Assembly: GCA_022703645.1 (NCBI GenBank)
Contig: JAKLDG010000001.1
Coordinates: forward strand, 669,254 to 733,253
DNA: 64,000 nt
Source: Patescibacteria group bacterium
GTDB taxonomy: Bacteria; Patescibacteriota; JACPGU01
Direction of reading: 5' to 3'
Below the pieces are notes generated by a model. It saw only the letters and a list, made by a program, of their open reading frames with translations. It was not told the DNA's origin and did not search any database. A program made the position numbers and the translations under genes. Shown here in pieces: positions 51,663 through 63,173 of the stretch; position 1 is the stretch's first letter, and each line of letters starts with the position of its first letter.

Positions 51663-51734
51663 GTCCTCATAGTTCAACGGATAGAACAAGAGACTCCTAA
51701 GCTCTAGATCCAAGTTCGATTCTTGGTGAGGACG
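51663..51734 (+). tRNA. tRNA-Arg (anticodon CCU)
   Basis: GUCCUCA-UA-GUUC..GAAC-A-AGAGA-CUCCUAA-GCUCU-AGA-UCCAAG-UUCGAUU-CUUGG-UGAGGAC-G. Confidence 0.85.
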
Positions 51735-51741
51735 TTAAATA

Positions 51742-51799
51742 AAAAACTCTCTTGGTTTTAATTCTCGATTATTCGAGAATTAAAACCAAGAGAGTTTTT
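51742..51799. terminator. long bidirectional intrinsic terminator between tRNA-Arg (+) and hup (-)
   Basis: aaaaactctcttggttttaattctcg-att-attcgagaattaaaaccaagagagttttt, ~26-bp perfect stem flanked by A/T runs on both strands. Confidence 0.7.
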
Positions 51800-51832
51800 A
51801 TATAGAATGAATGTTTGATAGTTTATTAAAAA

Positions 51833-52111
51833 TTATCTAACTGCTGATTTCAAAACTTTTCCAGCTCTGAATCTTGCAACTTTTACAGCTGGGATTTTGA
51901 TCTTTTCAGTTGTTTTTCTTGGGCTGACACCCATTCTTGCAGCTCTCTTTTTTACTTCGAATTTGCCAAATCCTGCAATATTAACAGTATCACCACCTGC
52001 TAAAGCTTTCGTGATCGTAGCAAAAATCGTATTGAAAGCTACTCCAGATGTGCTCTTTGACAAACCAGTTGACTGAGCTACCTTTTCGATTAGTCCTGCC
52101 TTATTGATCAT
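51833..52111 (-). CDS. hup: DNA-binding protein HU
   Basis: MINKAGLIEKVA...GFGKFEVKKRAAR...PRK. Confidence 0.9.
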   Translation of the reverse strand: MINKAGLIEKVAQSTGLSKSTSGVAFNTIFATITKALAGGDTVNIAGFGKFEVKKRAARMGVSPRKTTEKIKIPAVKVARFRAGKVLKSAVR

Positions 52112-52265
52112 GTTTTCCTCCCCTTATTTCAAACGTACTTTTAATAGAACCGTTTGAAACCCTTAATATTATTTTTTATTTTTAAACAATTTATGTATGT
52201 TTAAAAATTCTGTATACTAACCATTATAACAAAGTTACAAAGATGTGACAACTGTTTTTTTGCCT

Positions 52266-53783
52266 TTATTTAGCATATTCCACGGCTCTTGTTTCACGAA
52301 TCACATTTACCTTGATCTGACCAGGATAAAACATCTCTTTCTCAATCTTTGCTGCAATATTGTTTGCAAGCTTTATTGAAGCAAGATCATCGATTTCTTC
52401 CGGCCTTACAATAATTCTTACCTCACGCCCCGCCTGAATCGCATAAGATTTTTCTACACCCTCAAATGAGTTTGCAATATTTTCAAGTTCTGTTAATCTC
52501 TTGACATAATTCTCCAAACTTTCACGTCTTGCCCCTGGACGTGCAGCAGAAATAGCATCAGCAGCTTTCACGATGACAGCTTCAACTGTTTTCGGTTCTA
52601 CGCCTTCATGATGAGCCTCAATAGCATGAATGATCTCTGGACTAAAACCAAATTTTCTTGCAATATCACAACCGATCTCAATATGTGATCCTTCCATATC
52701 CTGATCAAGAGCTTTACCAATATCATGGAAAAGGCCGGCTTTCTTTGCAATTCCTACGTCAGCACCAAGTTCCGCCGCCAACATTGCTGAAATCTTTGCG
52801 ACTTCCAATGAATGATTTAAAACATTTTGGCCATAACTCGTTCTATATCTTAGCCTTCCCAAAACACGTACTAAATCTGGTGGAATACCAGTAAGTCCAA
52901 GATCGAGAATTGCTGCTTCGCCCGCCTCTTTTACTTTTGCTGCAACCTCTTTCTTTGCTTTTTCAACTACCTCTTCAATTCTTGCCGGATGGATCCTGCC
53001 GTCATAAATTAATTTCTCTAAAGCTATTTTTGCAACTTGACGTCTGATTGGATCGAAAGAAGAAATCACTACTGCTTCCGGAGTATCATCAACAATTAAA
53101 TCTACTCCCGTAGCCTTTTCAAAAGCCTGAATGTTTCTACCTTCTCGCCCAATAATTCTTCCTTTCATTTCATCACTTGGAATTAAAACTGTATTTACAG
53201 TAGTTTCGGTTGTATAATCCGCTGCATATCTTTCAATTACACTACTAATTATATCTCTTGCTTTTTCGTCACCTTGTTCTTTCGCATCCTCTTCCATAGC
53301 TTTAATCTTTTTTACAAGTTCTGGACCAATTTCTTTCTCTGTTTTTTCCAATAAAATATCCTTTGCTTCTTCTTTTGTTATCTTTGAAATTTGAAGCAAT
53401 TTTTCTTCTTCACTTTTGTATACTTCGTCGAGATCTTCTTTTAATTTTTTAATTTCTTCTTTCTTTGCAACAACATCTTTTATTTGTTGCTCGAGCTCTT
53501 GTGACTTTCTTTCGATATTTTCTTCCTTTTTTAGAATTTTTTGCTCAAGGGTTGTTAAATATTCTCTTCTTTTGTTCTCTTCTTCCTTTGCTTGAGTAAT
53601 AATTTTTATTGATTCGTCTTTCGCATTTAATAAGATTTCTTTCTTTTCACTATTTGCGTCTTCCAGAATTTTATTAGCCGATTCTTCTGCTAATTTGGTT
53701 TTCTTTGATACGAGGCTTTTCCTTAATTGATATCCTACTAGTGCACCAACTAATATGCCTAAAACCGCATAAATTATTTCCAT
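52266..53783 (-). CDS. rny: ribonuclease Y
   Basis: N-terminal TM, coiled coil, KH ([18 protein letters not shown]), HD (HSLEVA...LFHDIGK). Confidence 0.9.
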   Translation of the reverse strand: MEIIYAVLGILVGALVGYQLRKSLVSKKTKLAEESANKILEDANSEKKEILLNAKDESIKIITQAKEEENKRREYLTTLEQKILKKEENIERKSQELEQQIKDVVAKKEEIKKLKEDLDEVYKSEEEKLLQISKITKEEAKDILLEKTEKEIGPELVKKIKAMEEDAKEQGDEKARDIISSVIERYAADYTTETTVNTVLIPSDEMKGRIIGREGRNIQAFEKATGVDLIVDDTPEAVVISSFDPIRRQVAKIALEKLIYDGRIHPARIEEVVEKAKKEVAAKVKEAGEAAILDLGLTGIPPDLVRVLGRLRYRTSYGQNVLNHSLEVAKISAMLAAELGADVGIAKKAGLFHDIGKALDQDMEGSHIEIGCDIARKFGFSPEIIHAIEAHHEGVEPKTVEAVIVKAADAISAARPGARRESLENYVKRLTELENIANSFEGVEKSYAIQAGREVRIIVRPEEIDDLASIKLANNIAAKIEKEMFYPGQIKVNVIRETRAVEYAK

Positions 53784-53985
53784 GGTTTTTCTCCCTTTTC
53801 AATTTTATTATTAAGAAACTACATTTTCTATTATATATTATTTAAAATATTTTATCAATAAAATTACTTTTTTAGCCATTTTCGCTTTGTCTTGGCGATG
53901 TTCATGCAAAGACGCGAAGTTGCATATCTGGTTTTTTTATGATAAAATGAGTAATAACTAAAAACAATGAGAGGGGGTGATTTCC

Positions 53986-54189
53986 TTGGCTCAGCTAAAA
54001 AGAAAAGAAAAAGAGTCTTTTGAAAGTTTAATGAGAAGATTCAATAAAATCCTCCAACAAGAAGGGGTGCTGACGCGTGCCCGCGAAGAAATGTTTCGCA
54101 TAAAAGATGTCCCAAAATTGAAGCGTAGGAATTCGGCAATTCGAAAAAGAATCCGCAAACAAGAAAAAATAAAAAAATTAATGTATTAA
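53986..54189 (+). CDS. rpsU: 30S ribosomal protein S21
   Basis: ...AQLKRKEKESFESLMRRFNK... matches S21; start probably TTG at 53986, 9 nt after SD gaggggg (ORF track starts 53977). Confidence 0.75.
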   Translation: MAQLKRKEKESFESLMRRFNKILQQEGVLTRAREEMFRIKDVPKLKRRNSAIRKRIRKQEKIKKLMY

Positions 54190-54190
54190 T

Positions 54191-54637
54191 ATGAATTTAA
54201 AAGAGCAAATTGAAAAGGATTTTATTGAAGCTTTCAAGGCAAAGGATGATTTGAAAAAAAACTTACTAAGCATGATAAAATCAGTTTTCAAAAATAAAGA
54301 AATCGAAATTCAAAAACCTCTTGAAGAAGGTGATGTTACTGATATACTTACTAAGGAGGTGAAAAAGAGAAAAGAATCAGCAATGGTTTATGAACAAGGT
54401 GGCAGACCGGAGTTAGTGGAAAAAGAAAATGCTGAAGCTGCGATATTATCAAAATATCTTCCGGAACAGATGGATGAGCCCGCTGTCCGCGAAGTCGTTA
54501 AGGCTACAATTACAGAGATTGGCGCATTATCACCCGCTGATATGGGCAAAGCAATCGGAGCTGTTATGGCAAAGATAAAAGGCCAAGCCGACGGTGGGTT
54601 AGTCAGTAAAATAGTTAAAGAAGAATTATCTAAATAA
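54191..54637 (+). CDS. GatB/YqeY domain protein
   Basis: MNLKEQIEKDFIEAFKAKDDLKKNLL... typical YqeY start. Confidence 0.8.
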   Translation: MNLKEQIEKDFIEAFKAKDDLKKNLLSMIKSVFKNKEIEIQKPLEEGDVTDILTKEVKKRKESAMVYEQGGRPELVEKENAEAAILSKYLPEQMDEPAVREVVKATITEIGALSPADMGKAIGAVMAKIKGQADGGLVSKIVKEELSK

Positions 54638-55041
54638 TGAATAACCATTTTTCTTTCATAAACAAGACAAAACAAAAAATACCATCTCGGTATTTTTTGT
54701 TTACTTTGGAAAATTTTTTAAAAAAGATGAAAATCAAAAATCCGGTTGAGGTAAATTTGATTCTCGTCGGCAGAGCACGTATCCAAAGACTTAACTATAT
54801 ATATAGAAAGAAAAACAAACCAACGAATGTTTTATCTTTTCCAATTGATATTACAGATTCTAAACAGCTAAAAGCCAAAAGCCAAAAACTAATCTTAGGC
54901 GATATCTACATCTGCCCGCAAGAGGTTCCCGACAGAGAATTGCAAAATACTTTTTTGCATGGACTTATACATCTAATTGGTTATGATCATGAGAAGAATG
55001 AGAAAGAATGGGAAAAAGTTTTGAAGAAAATAAATACTTAG
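54637..55041 (+). CDS. ybeY: rRNA maturation endoribonuclease YbeY
   Basis: HGLIHLIGYDHE metal-binding motif. Confidence 0.85.
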   Translation: MNNHFSFINKTKQKIPSRYFLFTLENFLKKMKIKNPVEVNLILVGRARIQRLNYIYRKKNKPTNVLSFPIDITDSKQLKAKSQKLILGDIYICPQEVPDRELQNTFLHGLIHLIGYDHEKNEKEWEKVLKKINT

Positions 55042-55064
55042 CGTTATTACCATCAGCGTATCTT

Positions 55065-56232
<1,168 letters not shown>

Positions 56233-56593
56233 AAAATGATGATTTTTTATAAGGATATTTATACTATGTGCAAGAAATTACCAAAGCACGATCGTTTTGG
56301 AGTCGGCAAAAATATTGAGGATGAATCCCTTGGATGTTTAAAAAAAATGATTGAAGCTGCCCTAACGCCTAAGGGATTAAAAAGAGATATAATTCAAAAG
56401 GCAAGAATAAAAATAGAGATTTTAAAAAAGCTGATTACACTGTTGGAAGAATTAAAAATAATTGATTACAAGAAATGCATGGATTTACAAAATCAGTTAC
56501 AGGTGATTTCGAAAATGACTTACAAGTGGATCGTCTCGATCTCGCCTCAAAAAGAACAAGAAGCCCCAGAATAAAACGAGACTTCTCAATTCC

Positions 56594-56719
56594 AGAAACT
56601 TCGGAGCGGGGACGCAGATTGTCATTGTCATTATCGGCACTCGTGTTGTTCACGTTGAGCTTGTCATTGGAGTTCCAGTTGACGATCACAGCATTACCGT
56701 CGAGATAGCGCGAACCCGA
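56594..56719 (-). repeat. DGR template repeat (TR)
   Basis: 126 bp ~86% identical to 57064-57189; 16 of 17 mismatches are A (minus strand) in this copy; minus-strand frame reads GNAVIVNWNSNDKLNVNNTSADNDNDNL (Asn AAY-rich). Confidence 0.85.
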
Positions 56720-57035
56720 AATATATCTGATTCCTTCTGTAAATCACCGGCTTTCTTGACTCGAGCTTAGTCGAGAGTTTTTTCAAGATTCCTGCGTTCT
56801 CTTCAAACCATTTTGAAGATCTAAGTTTCCGACCAATATCTTTAGAAAAATATATGTCGCGCAGAATCAGATAAGCAGTTTCTTTTTTACGGCAAATCGA
56901 TATTTGATCTCAGTTTGAAAAACTAAAATCAAACCGATTGTATTAGCCAAAATAACTATACAAAAAAAGAACCCTTTCGTCAAAAAACGATTGGGTTCAA
57001 TTTAATTCAGGAATTCAGGATTCAGGATTCAGGGA

Positions 57036-57860
57036 TTAAGCTGCCTCAGGCAGCTTTTCAAAAGAAACTACGGAGCGGGGACGCAGAGAGCCATTGCCAT
57101 TATCGGCACTCGTGCAGAACACGCTGAGCTCGTCATCGGAGTACCAGTGGACGAGAACAGCATAACCGTCGAGATAGCGCGAACCCGAACAGAGCGTCCA
57201 ACTATTAATGTCCAGATGCTTTCCGGTTTCCCACCAGTAGAAGAGCTCAAGCACGAGTCGCTCTTCGAGGGTGATGCCTTCCCGTATTCGGACGTCATCG
57301 CTTTTCTGGCAAGCGTCGAGCGAGATACCTTTATTTTCCTCGTCTGCTTCCACTCGATCGCGCGCTCGGATCGCATAGGTTTCTTCGGTGGTGCGGATTG
57401 AGGTAACTTCTCGATCCAGATCATCTTTCCAGCGCCATGCGCCGAATTTTTCTTTGCATTTGGCGAAGAGCTCGTTGCGAGTGAGCCCTTTCAGAACGAC
57501 AATGAGCCAGCGGAAGTCCTCGGGGTCATCTGGAATCTCAAGATTAGATAAGTCAATTTCTTTCCCGAAGATCTTGCGATAGAAACGCTGCCACTTTTCC
57601 AGCAGCTTTTCCCTTTCGATAAAACTCTCAATTGTTCCATTTTGGTACGCGCCCAGAACCTTGATTGCCAACTCAGGTTTCATACCTTCAGGAACGGTGA
57701 TGTCTCCATGTTTGGCAAAGGGATTTTGCCGTTTTAAAAAAAGTTTAAGCTCATCCCAAAACCCCTTGCGTTTGGACTTAGTCCAAAAATCATTTTGCAA
57801 GTCAGCTACTTCTTCAGCCGAAATGCCACCGATCTTGGCTATTTTTTCTTTCTTCGCCAT
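57036..57860 (-). CDS. DGR variable (target) protein, no signal peptide, C-terminal variable-region ligand-binding fold
   Basis: VR encodes the C-terminal ~42 aa (...GYAVLVHWYSDDELSVFCTSADNGNGSL...); likely start M5 (57860) after AGGTGG; ORF track 57036-57872. Confidence 0.75.
   Translation of the reverse strand: MAKKEKIAKIGGISAEEVADLQNDFWTKSKRKGFWDELKLFLKRQNPFAKHGDITVPEGMKPELAIKVLGAYQNGTIESFIEREKLLEKWQRFYRKIFGKEIDLSNLEIPDDPEDFRWLIVVLKGLTRNELFAKCKEKFGAWRWKDDLDREVTSIRTTEETYAIRARDRVEADEENKGISLDACQKSDDVRIREGITLEERLVLELFYWWETGKHLDINSWTLCSGSRYLDGYAVLVHWYSDDELSVFCTSADNGNGSLRPRSVVSFEKLPEAA
57038..57056. promoter_or_regulatory. perfect palindromic hairpin 8 nt downstream of VR, spanning the target gene stop codon (DGR homing cruciform-like element)
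   Basis: aagctgcc-tca-ggcagctt; position relative to the VR/IMH mirrors the BPP-1 DGR hairpin. Confidence 0.6.
57064..57189 (-). repeat. DGR variable repeat (VR) with GC-rich IMH-like 3' end
   Basis: Partner of TR with substitutions at TR adenines; 3' end (minus strand) ctgcgtccccgctccg is retained with one change in TR. Confidence 0.85.
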
Positions 57861-57987
57861 GATCAGCACCACCTTTCTCCCATTTAGGGGATAGATTTGT
57901 AATGTTCAAACTGCGAACATTTTCAAGCTAAATTATACCACAAAATTAAAATATTGTAAATATATTTGTTATTAGAGCCAAAAAAGT

Positions 57988-59421
57988 CTAGGGGTTTACT
58001 AGAGTTGTGTCAGGAGAATTATTTGAGTTTGGGCTCTCCGGTGGTGTTACCTCCGGTGTTTTTGGTTCTTCTTTTCCTACTAGAAACTTTGCTCTCCAAG
58101 GAATATAGTGTGAATCAAACCGATCATCTTTTACAGTTCCGTCGGAATATGTAATTTTGCGAGTGAAGTAAGCATCGGCACCAGTATGTGCTGTGTCTGT
58201 TTGTTTTTTCTCACCTGGTTTTAACTCCGTCGTTTCAATCATGATTGGATCACCCGGAGGAACTAAATTATAAACAGTTGATTTACTAACCTCAACTTTG
58301 CGCCCATCGTTAGTTCCATAAAAATCAACAAATAAATCATTACCAGAAATTCTTGTTTGAATTAAAATATAGTTTTTTGTATCGTTAGTAAAAACTAAAT
58401 CCGGCTTTGGCTGATAGATGGTTGAATCAAATCCAGCTGGTTCATAATAAACTACACGGTAAGCGTGAGCGCTTCTCTCAACGATTGGAAAACCGGCATT
58501 TATTGCAGCGCGGAAAAAAGTTGTACTAACCTGGCAAAGACCACCACCATATTCAGGGATAGTTTTATCTTCTTTAATAACTAGCTCTGGCAGATATCCA
58601 GTTTTAGCGCTCACTTCGCCAAGATAAGTAATGAAAGAAAAATTTTCACCTGGCTTAATTAATATGCCGTTAAATACTTGCGCACCAACGTCAATATTAT
58701 GAATTCTGTTTGGAGGAGAATATGCAAAACTGCTCTGACCAGTAGCTACCAATTCTTTAATACCCATTTTATTCATGTCATCTACATTTTGCGCTTTAAC
58801 CTCCTGGATATTTAATTTAACCGTACCCTTTTGAGTAATAACAGCATTTTTTATTTCTTCAACATTTTCGTCGATCAAAAGTTTTTTTCCGTTTGAACCA
58901 ATAACAAAATCTGCAACTTTATTATTTTTTATTTCAAATTTTCCATCAACAGATTCTTTATCTATTGATGTGGCTAATTCTTTTAAATATTGACTGAGCA
59001 CATCGGAATCAAATTCATATGCCATTTCAATATCTCTCTTAAGTACAAAAGAACTTGCCCAGACCTCAAGATTTGTTAAATAGTTTCCCTCTCTCCCAAC
59101 ATACAAAATATCTCTCGCTGTCTTACTGTCATTCCAAGAAAAACCAATATCGCTGATTTTTACATTAATGCTTTTATCCTCGTATCCCAAGATGATCTGA
59201 TTTTGTAACTCTGCTTTTTTTGCGCTAACTGTTTTATATACCTCTTCTCCGGTCTTCCCTGTCATCTTTGTGCCATAAAAAAATACATTCGGAATAACAC
59301 GGTCTTTAAATCCCATTCTAAAATAAATTAGAGAAAAAAGAGATAATAATATGCAAACCAAAACAACAACCAATACAGCCTTCGATAAAAACTTTATCAA
59401 ATTTTTTATTTTTTTTAACAT
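57988..59421 (-). CDS. VanW-family protein with N-terminal TM and G5/PG-binding-like region
   Basis: VanW domain block ...GGGLCQVSTTFFRAAINAGFPIVERSAHAYRVVYYEP... Confidence 0.7.
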   Translation of the reverse strand: MLKKIKNLIKFLSKAVLVVVLVCILLSLFSLIYFRMGFKDRVIPNVFFYGTKMTGKTGEEVYKTVSAKKAELQNQIILGYEDKSINVKISDIGFSWNDSKTARDILYVGREGNYLTNLEVWASSFVLKRDIEMAYEFDSDVLSQYLKELATSIDKESVDGKFEIKNNKVADFVIGSNGKKLLIDENVEEIKNAVITQKGTVKLNIQEVKAQNVDDMNKMGIKELVATGQSSFAYSPPNRIHNIDVGAQVFNGILIKPGENFSFITYLGEVSAKTGYLPELVIKEDKTIPEYGGGLCQVSTTFFRAAINAGFPIVERSAHAYRVVYYEPAGFDSTIYQPKPDLVFTNDTKNYILIQTRISGNDLFVDFYGTNDGRKVEVSKSTVYNLVPPGDPIMIETTELKPGEKKQTDTAHTGADAYFTRKITYSDGTVKDDRFDSHYIPWRAKFLVGKEEPKTPEVTPPESPNSNNSPDTTLVNP

Positions 59422-59424
59422 GAA

Positions 59425-60594
59425 TTATTTTTTATTCTTTTCTAATATCTTTAAATAAATATCTCGTGTCTCTTCAGCCATTTTATCCCAAGAAAACTTT
59501 TTAATATGGTTCAGCCCTAATTCGATAAATTCTTTGCGCATCTTATGATCTTCTAAAATCATCTTCATTTTTTCTGCAATGCTTTCCGGTAAATATGGAT
59601 TAAAATATATTGCTGCATTTTCACAAACCTCCGGAAGACAAGAAGTTGCCGAAGTCAAAATCGGTACTCCCGAAGCCATTGCCTCTAGCGGTGGAATTCC
59701 AAATCCTTCTGCGAAAGATGGGAATGTACATGCATAGGAGTTTGCCAATAGTGCCTGAAGCTCATCATCTGTAACAATACCCGTAAAAATAATCCTCCCG
59801 TCTCCGATATTATCTTTTCTAACCCAATCTTCAAGTGCCGCATAAAATTTTTCTCGCTTTCCAGCCAAAACCAACTTAATATCTTTTTTTTCTTTACTCA
59901 AAATATCAAAACCCTGAATCAATCGTTTAAGATTTTTATGTGGAGAAGCATTCCCAACGTAAACAAAATATCCTTGTCTTTTCAGACTGAATTTTTCTGA
60001 CAATATTTTGAATACCTCAGCCTTCTCAGCGACGGAGAAGCTTTTATCGACTGACTCGTAAGTAACTTCTACTTTATCATTCTTGATTTTATAAGCTATT
60101 GATATATCTTTTTTGGAATTATACGAAGGAACAATTACTCTCGTCGCTTTTTTTATCACATCTTTTATCACCCTCTCATATACAAATTGTTTAACTTCAT
60201 AAATAAAAGGTGGAAGCTTTGAGATTTTTATTCCCTCCTTCGCAGTAATCGAATAGGTAAGATCGTGAATTGTAACGACATATGGTCTACGGTAAAAAAT
60301 AGATTTGTTAAAGTGGGTAAAGTGCATTAAATCGGGTTTTACACTTTTCCAAATTCTTGGCATCTTAAGTTGTTCGCGAAACCCATACCAGCCAACGTTC
60401 GCAAGTACTTTATGAAAATTTGGGTGTTTTGGCTTATATAGATCATAGCCTTCTTTGTATAAGAAAACGTAGTATTCATTCTCTCGATCAACATTTTCAA
60501 GACCAGTGATTAATTCTCTACTATAACGCCCAATGCCTCCAGGTATCTGATAAAGACGCGCATCTATGCCGATAATATATTTGCTATTCTCCAT
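59425..60594 (-). CDS. glycosyltransferase family 4
   Basis: ...FPSFAEGFGIPPLEAMASGVP... Confidence 0.8.
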   Translation of the reverse strand: MENSKYIIGIDARLYQIPGGIGRYSRELITGLENVDRENEYYVFLYKEGYDLYKPKHPNFHKVLANVGWYGFREQLKMPRIWKSVKPDLMHFTHFNKSIFYRRPYVVTIHDLTYSITAKEGIKISKLPPFIYEVKQFVYERVIKDVIKKATRVIVPSYNSKKDISIAYKIKNDKVEVTYESVDKSFSVAEKAEVFKILSEKFSLKRQGYFVYVGNASPHKNLKRLIQGFDILSKEKKDIKLVLAGKREKFYAALEDWVRKDNIGDGRIIFTGIVTDDELQALLANSYACTFPSFAEGFGIPPLEAMASGVPILTSATSCLPEVCENAAIYFNPYLPESIAEKMKMILEDHKMRKEFIELGLNHIKKFSWDKMAEETRDIYLKILEKNKK

Positions 60595-61846
60595 TTTTTT
60601 CTCCTTTTCTATTTATTATATAAGCCGAACAAACTAAAAACCAAAACATTAATATTAGGTCATTCTTCCAAATTGAACTATCTACCAAGCCTTGACCTAT
60701 TATTGCTATCATTGAAGACATTAAAACCAGATTAATAACAGCTTCTTTTTTTACGCCTTGTAAACATCTCAGAAAAAATATTGCTAAGATACATAGCAAT
60801 CCCAATAGTCCCAATAGTCCTGTCTGTAACCAAATATTTAGAAATATATTATGTGGCGTTACTGCATTGGGCGTAATATATTCCGGATAATTTATTCTCG
60901 TTTTTGTATACTCGCTAAAATAATTTTGAAAGTTGCCCAGACCAACTCCCAACCATTTATGCTGCAAACCAATATCAAGTGATGTTGTCCAGATTTCCTT
61001 ACGAATATTATCTGATTGTTCTACACGACTGTTCGGAACTAAACCAAATGAATATGAACCTTTGATTATAAAAAAGAAAGAAGCTAGAAAGCCAATAAGA
61101 AACAATGATGGAATAACAAACCTTGATTTCATTTTTATTTTTAAAGAAAGAGAATAGATAGTAATAAAAACTATCCCCAAAATTAATCCGAGCCACGCTC
61201 CACGCGAAAAAGTTAAATAAATTGTTGCTAAAAACAGCATCGATAGCAGTATCATTTTTTTATTTTCTTTCCTTGATACTTTTTGAAATGAGAGTGCCAA
61301 AATATATATTGGCATTATATATAGGGATAAATAGTTCGGTGATGCAAAGATCGATCTAATTCTGCCGTCCTGAAGCATGCTAGGAAAGAAAAAATATTGT
61401 ACTAGTCCAACCAAACATAAAACTACCGCCGAAAGTATTAAAGGCTTAAAGCATTTAATTATTTCTGCTTTGGTTTTTATAACCGAACACACTACAAAAA
61501 ATAATAGTGCTGCATCAAAAAAATATGCTTTAAAGATTCCTAAAGAAATTCTTCTATCAGGCGAAATAAACACTGATGTCGCCCCCCCAATAAAAAATAT
61601 CAGCCAAGAAATAAAAAAAGGATTCTTAATAAAATCTTTTATAGATTTTTTAATATTTTTGTTTTTTAAAGCGCTAATAAGAAAACAAAATGCCAGTAAA
61701 TATATTTCCAGCTCTAAGATTGTCGTGGGAACACTAAAAATATTAAATTTAATTAAATAGAGTGGCAAAGAAAATAATACTAAATAAATTAAATTATTTA
61801 GGTTAAAGAATCTTGATATTTGATTTTTCAGAATTAATTTTTTCAT
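60584..61846 (-). CDS. O-antigen ligase/polymerase-like (Wzy_C) polytopic membrane protein
   Basis: ~10-12 TM helices with a larger loop; in a glycosyltransferase cluster. Confidence 0.5.
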   Translation of the reverse strand: MKKLILKNQISRFFNLNNLIYLVLFSLPLYLIKFNIFSVPTTILELEIYLLAFCFLISALKNKNIKKSIKDFIKNPFFISWLIFFIGGATSVFISPDRRISLGIFKAYFFDAALLFFVVCSVIKTKAEIIKCFKPLILSAVVLCLVGLVQYFFFPSMLQDGRIRSIFASPNYLSLYIMPIYILALSFQKVSRKENKKMILLSMLFLATIYLTFSRGAWLGLILGIVFITIYSLSLKIKMKSRFVIPSLFLIGFLASFFFIIKGSYSFGLVPNSRVEQSDNIRKEIWTTSLDIGLQHKWLGVGLGNFQNYFSEYTKTRINYPEYITPNAVTPHNIFLNIWLQTGLLGLLGLLCILAIFFLRCLQGVKKEAVINLVLMSSMIAIIGQGLVDSSIWKNDLILMFWFLVCSAYIINRKGEKNGE

Positions 61847-61862
61847 TTGATATTGCTGTCGC

Positions 61863-63173
61863 TTAATTACTTATTTTACTGGATTGTTTAAAAACTATTT
61901 GCTGCGTCGCAAGTATGAGCCCTATTAAAACCCATATATGCATAATATACAAAGTGGAAAATGTTAGGTATTGAATCATTATTCCTATAAAAGCAAAATT
62001 TAATGCTAATAATGTTGTTCGTAAAAACAAATCTTTCGTCTTCTTATAAGCTTTCCACGAATAATAAAATATTGAGAGAATAAAAATAAAAAATACCATA
62101 AAACCTGTCAGGCCAAGCTCGGCCAATATTTCCAGGTATTGATTATTTACTATAGCCCAGCCATAATCTGGTGCACTCGTAGGATAACCAGCAAAATATG
62201 GACCAAAATTTCCTACACCAATTCCTATGAGCTTGTTATCATTAAAAGCTTCAAGTGCCACGTCATATGCTTCCTGCCGCTCAGTGATTGAACCACCCGT
62301 TAAAACATCGTAAACTTTTTTATAATTTTTTTCAAAATCTATGGAGCTTTGTAGCACAGCGTACATCCCTCCCGTGACTATAACAAGAAATGTAATAATG
62401 CCCAACAAGTAAGGTATATTCGTACGACTGAATATCGATCTAATTTGAAATATAAAAATTAACACCAACACAACCGCAAGAGAAGCTATTGCGCCTTTTG
62501 AGATCGTCAAAACCATAACTCCAATAAATAATAAGAAAAGTAAAACAAAATACCAGCTCTTTTTCTTTTCAACTTTTTTCATCAAAAAGAAAAGTGCAAC
62601 CATTATTGGTACCATTAGATAATTAGCAAAATATAATGGTTCAATAAAAGTAGATTGAATTCTTGGAAAACCAAGGACTAATTTATCATATCTTTCTGAT
62701 AATCCTGTTATTGCATTCGGTAGACCAAACATACCGCCAACAAATTGGAATAAACCAAAAATGGAAAAAACAACGGCAGAAGATAACAACACCTTAATTG
62801 TTTTCTGTAATTTTAGTTTATTATCTATTACAAATACGGTCATATACGGCACAACAGTCATAAATGCGAGAAAACAAATCACAACTACACCTCTCATTCT
62901 GTCGCGAGCAAAATATAATGAGAAAAGGCAAACGCATAGAAACAAAGTGTAATAAAATAATGGGATAGGTAAATTTATATTAAATTTCTTTTTATATAAT
63001 GAGTAAAAAATGTAAATTATAAATATTAATATAACCAATATCTGGCTTAGCCGAATATTCATGCTGCCAAAAGCAAAGCTACCAATACGTTCAAGTGGTA
63101 AGAAAAAAATAGCAGTTAAGAATAATATGTATGCGGATTCAATTATCCCCTTATATTTAATTTTTGATATCAT
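61863..63173 (-). CDS. O-antigen ligase/polymerase-like (Wzy_C) polytopic membrane protein, paralog
   Basis: Same architecture as the preceding gene. Confidence 0.5.
   Translation of the reverse strand: MISKIKYKGIIESAYILFLTAIFFLPLERIGSFAFGSMNIRLSQILVILIFIIYIFYSLYKKKFNINLPIPLFYYTLFLCVCLFSLYFARDRMRGVVVICFLAFMTVVPYMTVFVIDNKLKLQKTIKVLLSSAVVFSIFGLFQFVGGMFGLPNAITGLSERYDKLVLGFPRIQSTFIEPLYFANYLMVPIMVALFFLMKKVEKKKSWYFVLLFLLFIGVMVLTISKGAIASLAVVLVLIFIFQIRSIFSRTNIPYLLGIITFLVIVTGGMYAVLQSSIDFEKNYKKVYDVLTGGSITERQEAYDVALEAFNDNKLIGIGVGNFGPYFAGYPTSAPDYGWAIVNNQYLEILAELGLTGFMVFFIFILSIFYYSWKAYKKTKDLFLRTTLLALNFAFIGIMIQYLTFSTLYIMHIWVLIGLILATQQIVFKQSSKISN

Noticed and set aside
56435-56689. 84-aa - strand ORF (..NWNSNDKLNVNNTSADNDNDNLRPRS..)
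   Set aside because: It is the DGR template repeat read in the VR frame. TRs are non-coding templates, and the Asn-rich translation is the TR signature, not a gene.
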